From a candidate division WOR-3 bacterium (GTDB lineage Bacteria; Hydrothermota; Tepidihabitantia; SM23-42; CAYGYG01): a stretch of DNA of 64,000 bases. How positions within the stretch are numbered: position 1 is the first letter of the stretch; the number at the start of each line of letters is the position of its first letter. Of this stretch, positions 58,706 through 64,000 are shown piece after piece. The stretch covers positions 1 through 64,000 of the forward strand of contig CBFGIV010000001.1 of assembly GCA_965648915.1 (NCBI GenBank), read 5' to 3'. The position numbers and the translations under genes are program-made. Under the pieces are notes generated by a model. The model was not told where the DNA came from. It saw only the letters and a list, made by a program, of their open reading frames with translations, and searched no databases.

Positions 58706-58858
58706 ATGTGCTGTGATATCTGCCCATTTTATGATGAATGTGAGGAGACGGGGAAGATTAAGGATAAATGCTGCCCTGAATGTCCAGATTATGAGAACTG
58801 TGTAGGTGCTGAAGAGGACTACGAAGAGGAAGAGGAAGAAGAGGAGTTTGAGTATTAA
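58706..58858 (+). CDS. 50-aa cysteine-rich acidic microprotein (not in ORF track)
   Basis: AGGAGGT SD, then MCCDICPFYDECEETGKIKDKCCPECPDYENCVGAEEDYEEEEEEEEFEY*. Confidence 0.8.
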   Translation: MCCDICPFYDECEETGKIKDKCCPECPDYENCVGAEEDYEEEEEEEEFEY

Positions 58859-59130
58859 AAATGAGGAGATTTCTCTTAAGTATCGATTCAGATACCGGGT
58901 GTTATCATTCAGGATACTGTAGATATCGAGAAAGTGATGTTTAATCAGTCAGTAATTTGGGCATAGATTTTGCACAATAAACTATAAAATCGCTCTTGAC
59001 ATTTTTAATATTATGAATAAAATAGAGGTTATCTTTGTAATAACCTCTGAAAAGGAGGTGATGTGACGGCAAAGAGAAAGGTCTTAAGGCTATCGATGCT
59101 AAAGGAAAGAAAACCATATAAGGAGGAAAG

Positions 59131-60003
59131 ATGAAAAAGATAGCAATAGCCGGCATAGCGTTGTTAGCTATGTTTATTTTTGTGGGTGGAAGCTGTGGCG
59201 GTGCTGCTCTGCTTGAGGCACCCGAGATCTATAAGGTTTTGCTGACCGAGACGAATGTGACGCTCTACTGGCATCCGAGTGCCGATGCTGAGACTGAGGA
59301 TTTCAAAGAGTATGTGGTATATGCTTTTGAAGATTCGACACTCTATGACCTGGCAGGTGATAATGATTCGCTGGCTGACTATGAGAAAGCAGTTGCAACC
59401 GATACCTTCGCCACTGTGGCTCTATCAGCCGGTAAGGTATACTATCTCCAGGTTCGAACCAGAAATACGGATGATGAGGTTGGTGATTACAACACAACCA
59501 AGCCTTATGTGGCCTGTGCTCCAAGAAAGGGCGCGGTTGGCACCCAGGTTTATGGGCAGAGAGCAGGATATCCTTCGAACTGCGGTTTCAAATTCTCAAC
59601 CGGTGCGGTGCTTGATACAACCAACTGGGCAACGATGGACTGGTTCCTGGATATTTACTCCCAGACCGGACAACCCCGCTGGGTAGCCCAGATTACTCCA
59701 CCCTGGGCACATGATACGACCAAGAACTGGCCGAAGACACAGATGAAGTCACTGACGACTACGGCAACTGATATTGGTGAGATGATTGAGATTACTGATG
59801 CGGACTGGGTGACGCCACTAAAGCAGGGTGTGCGGGCTGATTCGGGTAAGTTCTACGGCTTTAAGTGTGTTGATACGACCTTTGCCAAGATAAAGGTCCA
59901 GAAGGTCTATATCGACACCATCGATTATACCAAGTCTTATATCAAGTTCGACTGGGCATGGCAGAGTGTCAAGGGCTTCCGCTATCTTGCGCCTGGTAAA
60001 TAA
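59131..60003 (+). CDS. Putative lipoprotein with FN3-like N-terminal domain
   Basis: MKKIAIAGIALLAMFIFVGGSC lipobox-like; AAGGAGG SD; VTLYW...YYLQVRT. Confidence 0.7.
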   Translation: MKKIAIAGIALLAMFIFVGGSCGGAALLEAPEIYKVLLTETNVTLYWHPSADAETEDFKEYVVYAFEDSTLYDLAGDNDSLADYEKAVATDTFATVALSAGKVYYLQVRTRNTDDEVGDYNTTKPYVACAPRKGAVGTQVYGQRAGYPSNCGFKFSTGAVLDTTNWATMDWFLDIYSQTGQPRWVAQITPPWAHDTTKNWPKTQMKSLTTTATDIGEMIEITDADWVTPLKQGVRADSGKFYGFKCVDTTFAKIKVQKVYIDTIDYTKSYIKFDWAWQSVKGFRYLAPGK

Positions 60004-60025
60004 CCACTCTTTCCATCAGGAATCG

Positions 60026-60050
60026 GGCCGCCTTTAAGGCGGCCTTTTTT
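60026..60050 (+). terminator. Intrinsic terminator
   Basis: GGCCGCCT-TTA-AGGCGGCC-TTTTTT. Confidence 0.85.
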
Positions 60051-60309
60051 ATTGCCGGGTCAGGGATTATCAGAGATTGACTTTTTAATTTCCACAGATT
60101 TTAAAATCTATTCTTGACTTTTGTTAAAAATTGAATAATCTGTATCTGTATTTTTTTCTTATTTTTATAGATGATTCCACTTATTCCATCTACTCAGAAT
60201 AATTTGAATTTCGACGCTTCCGATCTCTTAATCGCTTCCGCATCATTCTGGATTCAGACGTCGAAACAATAGATTTTAAGATATTCGCTCTATTTAGGAG
60301 GATTTGCTG

Positions 60310-61227
60310 ATGAAAGAAACAAAATATATCTGGATGGATGGCAATTTTGTTCCCTGGTCAGAAGCAAAGATTCATATCCTCTCTCATGTGATCCATTATG
60401 GTACCGGAGTCTTTGAGGGATTACGGTGTTATGCTACTCCCAAGGGGCCTCAGATTTTCAGGCTTAAGGACCATACGGAAAGGATGTTCAATTCGGCCAA
60501 GATGTATCGAATGGAGATCCCGTTCACCCAGGAAGAGATTAATCAGGCCTGTATTGATGTTGTAAAAAAGAACGAACTTTCTGAATCTTATATTAGACCT
60601 ATTGCCTATCGCGGCTATGCAGAATTGGGTGTGAATCCATTCCCCTGTCCAGTATGTGTGGCAATTGCTGCCCTCCAGTGGGGAAAGTATCTCGGTCCTG
60701 AAGCATTAGAACAGGGCGTTGATGTCATGGTTTCTTCATGGAACCGGATGGCACCAAATACTTTTCCGGCAATGGCCAAGTGTTGTGCCAATTATATGAA
60801 TTCCCAGTTAATCAAGATGGAGGCAATAACCTATGGTTTTGTTGAAGGGATAGCCCTCGACACTTCAGGTTATATAAGCGAAGGAAGCGGTGAGAATATC
60901 TTTGTTGTTTATAAAGGGAAGATCTACACCCCGCCCCTTCATGCATCGATCTTGCCAGGCATTACAAGGGATACGGTTATAAAAATCATTAATGATCTTG
61001 GCTTAACACTGGTTGAAGAGATGCTGGCAAGGGAATTTTTGTATATTGCTGATGAAGTCTTCTTTACCGGCAGTGCCGCCGAAGTTACTCCGATCCGTTC
61101 AGTCGATAGGATTAAGATTGGCACGGGAAAGGCCGGTCCAATTACCAAAGAGATCCAGCGGTATTTCTTTGATATTATTGAAGGATCTCGAGAGGATAGA
61201 TATAACTGGCTAACTCCGGTAAAATAG
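60310..61227 (+). CDS. ilvE: Branched-chain amino acid aminotransferase
   Basis: [40 protein letters not shown]. Confidence 0.95.
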   Translation: MKETKYIWMDGNFVPWSEAKIHILSHVIHYGTGVFEGLRCYATPKGPQIFRLKDHTERMFNSAKMYRMEIPFTQEEINQACIDVVKKNELSESYIRPIAYRGYAELGVNPFPCPVCVAIAALQWGKYLGPEALEQGVDVMVSSWNRMAPNTFPAMAKCCANYMNSQLIKMEAITYGFVEGIALDTSGYISEGSGENIFVVYKGKIYTPPLHASILPGITRDTVIKIINDLGLTLVEEMLAREFLYIADEVFFTGSAAEVTPIRSVDRIKIGTGKAGPITKEIQRYFFDIIEGSREDRYNWLTPVK

Positions 61228-61290
61228 TAAAATAAACTTACCAGGATTATTCGATGTATTTATCTCTTCTAAGATTGTTAATATCTTAAG

Positions 61291-61749
61291 ATGAAGATTG
61301 CTCTTGGTGCCGACCATCGCGGGTTTGAACTGAAAGAGAAAGTCAAGGATTACCTTCAGCGTAAAGGGATTGAGTTTCACGATTTTGGCACGGTTTCGAA
61401 CTCAGCGGTCGATTATCCCGACTTTGCCTTTAAGGTGGGAGAGAGCGTCGCTCATAAAAAATTTGACTACGGGATAATTATCTGTTATACCGGTATCGGA
61501 ATGTCGATCGCCGCGAATAAGGTCAAAGGGATAAGAGCGGCTCTGTGCCTTGATGATAAGATGGCTTACTATGCCCGTGCCCACAATGATGCTAATATTC
61601 TGGTTCTGAGTGCAAAACTATGCGATTTCGAACATGTCTATAAGAGCATTATTGACTGCTGGCTTACTCAGAATTTTGAAGGGGAAAGGCATCGCCGGCG
61701 TATCGAGAAGATTTCCAATTATGAAAATTCGACCCATTGCAGCAGATAG
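61291..61749 (+). CDS. rpiB: Ribose-5-phosphate isomerase B
   Basis: GADHRG, DYPDFA, CYTGIGMSIAANK, HNDAN, FEGERHRRR. Confidence 0.95.
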   Translation: MKIALGADHRGFELKEKVKDYLQRKGIEFHDFGTVSNSAVDYPDFAFKVGESVAHKKFDYGIIICYTGIGMSIAANKVKGIRAALCLDDKMAYYARAHNDANILVLSAKLCDFEHVYKSIIDCWLTQNFEGERHRRRIEKISNYENSTHCSR

Positions 61750-62623
61750 CCTGGGCACAAGATCGATGGCGACATATGTTGAGACCGAAGATGTCAAAAT
61801 TTTAATTGATCCCTCATCTTCCCTGGCCCCGGATCGCTGGGGGCTTGAACCACATCCCCAGGAGATAAAGAGATGGAAAGAACACTGGCAGGCGATCATT
61901 GAGCATGCGAAGATTGCTGAGGTAATAGTCATAACCCACTATCATTATGATCACCATTTTCCAAAGAGAATCGAAGTCTTTAAGGATAAAATTGTTCTGA
62001 TTAAGGACCCGGAGTATAATATCAACCTTAACCAGAAAAGGCGGGCGGCCGAACTACTTACCGTGATTAAAGATGTGGCTAAAAAGATTGAGGTGGCCGA
62101 TTGTAAAAGATTTGATTTCGGCAAAACAAGAGTCAAATTTTCACCGCCTGTATTTCACGGCAAGAGTAATCGACTTGGATATGTAATTGAGGTGGCTATC
62201 GAAGCCGAAGAGAAATTTCTCTTTACCTCAGATGTCCAGGGCCCGCTCTGTTCAGAACAACTGGATTTTATTTTGAAAGAGAGCCCTGATATTGTCTATC
62301 TCGATGGTCCGTTAACCTATATGCTCGGTTCAGCCTATAAAAAGTCAGATCTTACTAACGCCATAAATAATATTGAGAAGATCCTGATGATGTCCAATTT
62401 AAAAACATTGATAATTGACCATCATCTTCTCCGGGACCGGGAATGGAGAGAGCGGGTTAAAAGGATTTTTAATTCAAAATATGATAATGTTAATATAGTA
62501 ACCGCTGCTGGTTTTTTGGGTAAAGAAGATGAAACATTAGAGGCGCACCGTAAGGCCTTATACGGTGTACCTGATCAAAACGAGAAAGGGAAGATGAAAG
62601 ATAGCAGACTAATTTGTGGATAA
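61721..62623 (+). CDS. Metallo-beta-lactamase-fold hydrolase, UPF0282-like
   Basis: MKIRPIAADSLGTRSMAT, THYHYDHH, SDVQGP, DHHLLRD. Confidence 0.8.
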   Translation: MKIRPIAADSLGTRSMATYVETEDVKILIDPSSSLAPDRWGLEPHPQEIKRWKEHWQAIIEHAKIAEVIVITHYHYDHHFPKRIEVFKDKIVLIKDPEYNINLNQKRRAAELLTVIKDVAKKIEVADCKRFDFGKTRVKFSPPVFHGKSNRLGYVIEVAIEAEEKFLFTSDVQGPLCSEQLDFILKESPDIVYLDGPLTYMLGSAYKKSDLTNAINNIEKILMMSNLKTLIIDHHLLRDREWRERVKRIFNSKYDNVNIVTAAGFLGKEDETLEAHRKALYGVPDQNEKGKMKDSRLICG

Positions 62624-62723
62624 AGATGTGGATAATTTTAGAAATGGTGTGGAAAACTGATAAGTATTGAAATTACATAAAATACATCTTTTTCATCAAA
62701 GTATTTCTGTCTACTTATTCACA
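62615..62723. promoter_or_regulatory. Cluster of four DnaA boxes
   Basis: TGTGGATAA (62615, 62627), TGTGGAAAA (62648), TTATTCACA (62715). All fit TTWTNCACA. Confidence 0.7.
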
Positions 62724-62825
62724 TTTATTATATTTATCAATAAATCTAAGAAAATATAGGATTTTGCGATTAGATGCATAAAAAATTGTATAATTAAGAT
62801 TAAAATTGAGAGAAATAACCTAATT

Positions 62826-63818
62826 ATGAAAAAATCTGATATCGATTCAGTAAGGGACCTTAATCAGGCAAATAAAAAGATTGAGGATGAGATCTCAAAG
62901 ATAATTGTCGGGCAGAAACGGGTAATTGGTGAAGTCCTGATTGCCCTGCTTTCTGGAGGGCATTGTTTGATAATTGGTGTTCCCGGGCTGGCCAAGACAC
63001 TGCTGGTCAATACTATTGCTCAGGTTCTTGACTTAACCTTTAATCGTATCCAGTTTACTCCGGACCTGATGCCATCAGATATTACCGGCACCCAGATAAT
63101 CGAAGAGGACCTGACGACCGGTAAAAGATCTTTCCGGTTTATCAAAGGGCCGATATTCTCAAATGTAATTCTTGCCGATGAGATTAATCGAACCCCGCCC
63201 AAGACGCAATCGGCCTTACTTCAGGCGATGCAGGAATATAAGGTCACAGTTGGTGGTGAAACCTGTCCTGTGCCGAGGCCTTTTTTTGTGCTCGCCACGC
63301 AAAATCCAATTGAACAGGAAGGGACCTATCCGCTCCCCGAGGCCCAGCTCGATCGCTTTATGTTCTGTATTACAATCGAGTATCCTGAATTTGATGAGGA
63401 GAAAGAGATTATCAAAATGACCACCTCGGGTTATGGGGCTGAACTGAAAAAAGTTCTGACCGCTAACGAGATCAACGATCTACAGAAGTTGGTCAGAAGA
63501 ATCCCGGTGGCAGATGATGTTCTTGAATATGCAGTTAATATGGTACGGAGGTCACGACCGGATAATAGTCAGGCACCTGATTTTGTCAAAAAGTGGGTTG
63601 CCTGGGGCGCAGGGCCAAGGGCTTCACAGTATCTGATTCTTGCATCAAAGACCAGGGCAGCGCTGGATGGCCGTTATACACCAACGATTGAAGATGTCAA
63701 TTACATTGCCAAAGTAGTTCTCAGACACAGGATTATTACAAATTTTAATGCCGAGGCAGATGGTATAAAACCGGATTATATTATCGACCGGTTAATTGAA
63801 CTTATGGCCAGAAAATAG
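62826..63818 (+). CDS. MoxR family AAA+ ATPase
   Basis: GVPGLAKT, RIQFTPDLMPSD, ADEINR, ATQNPIEQEGTYPLPEAQLDRF. Confidence 0.95.
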   Translation: MKKSDIDSVRDLNQANKKIEDEISKIIVGQKRVIGEVLIALLSGGHCLIIGVPGLAKTLLVNTIAQVLDLTFNRIQFTPDLMPSDITGTQIIEEDLTTGKRSFRFIKGPIFSNVILADEINRTPPKTQSALLQAMQEYKVTVGGETCPVPRPFFVLATQNPIEQEGTYPLPEAQLDRFMFCITIEYPEFDEEKEIIKMTTSGYGAELKKVLTANEINDLQKLVRRIPVADDVLEYAVNMVRRSRPDNSQAPDFVKKWVAWGAGPRASQYLILASKTRAALDGRYTPTIEDVNYIAKVVLRHRIITNFNAEADGIKPDYIIDRLIELMARK

Positions 63819-63836
63819 ATCAAAATTAGGGCGATT

Positions 63837-64000
63837 ATGGTTAAAAACCGAATACTGGTTGTGGATGATGATGAATCGATCAGAGACTCGATGAAGGAGT
63901 GGTTGGGCAGCAGAGGCTATGAAGTTCATACTGCAGCCGATGGGTATCAGGCGATTGAAAGGGTTAAAGAAGAAGATTGGGATTTACTGCTGGTTGATCT
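63837..64000 (+). CDS. Response regulator receiver domain (partial, runs off window)
   Basis: MVKNRILVVDDDESIRDSMKEWL...WDLLLVD. Confidence 0.85.
   Translation, partial: MVKNRILVVDDDESIRDSMKEWLGSRGYEVHTAADGYQAIERVKEEDWDLLLVD

Noticed and set aside
60171..60272. Ile/Leu leader peptide attenuator for ilvE (MIPLIP..., with TTTCGACG/CGTCGAAA pairing)
   Set aside because: No SD before the ATG, no run of consecutive branched-chain codons and no terminator hairpin before ilvE.

Overview
64 kb of an AT-rich bacterial chromosome. A T9SS/FlgD-like C-terminal sorting tail, a PorV-like protein and a group II GGGP synthase suggest an FCB-related candidate lineage such as WOR-3; this is inference, not a database result. 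Most genes are housekeeping: pur/pyr, metG-tatD-rsmA, prfB (+1 frameshift)-rpmE-rho, rpsU-mutS2-dnaG-rpoD, hppA, ilvE, rpiB, moxR. Also present are an archaeal-type HMG-CoA synthase/thiolase/DUF35 operon, an IS3-family element, an IS481-like remnant and two pseudogenes. The best candidate for an undescribed system is a tightly coupled three-gene operon at 31708-35480. It encodes a signal-peptide, single-pass membrane protein whose predicted cytoplasmic C-terminus is a periodic (Cys-His-Ser-Ala)n tail with 10 Cys and 11 His, then a radical SAM/SPASM enzyme with a PqqD/RRE-like N-terminus, then a membrane protein. This looks like RiPP-style modification of a membrane protein tail. Other notable signals are an unannotated 50-aa 8-Cys microprotein, a cluster of four DnaA boxes, a strong bias to 16-bp promoter spacers with several leaderless genes, and several palindromic or short-repeat inserts in frame inside one cyclase-ATPase-TPR gene. 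No rRNA, tRNA or CRISPR array was recognised.
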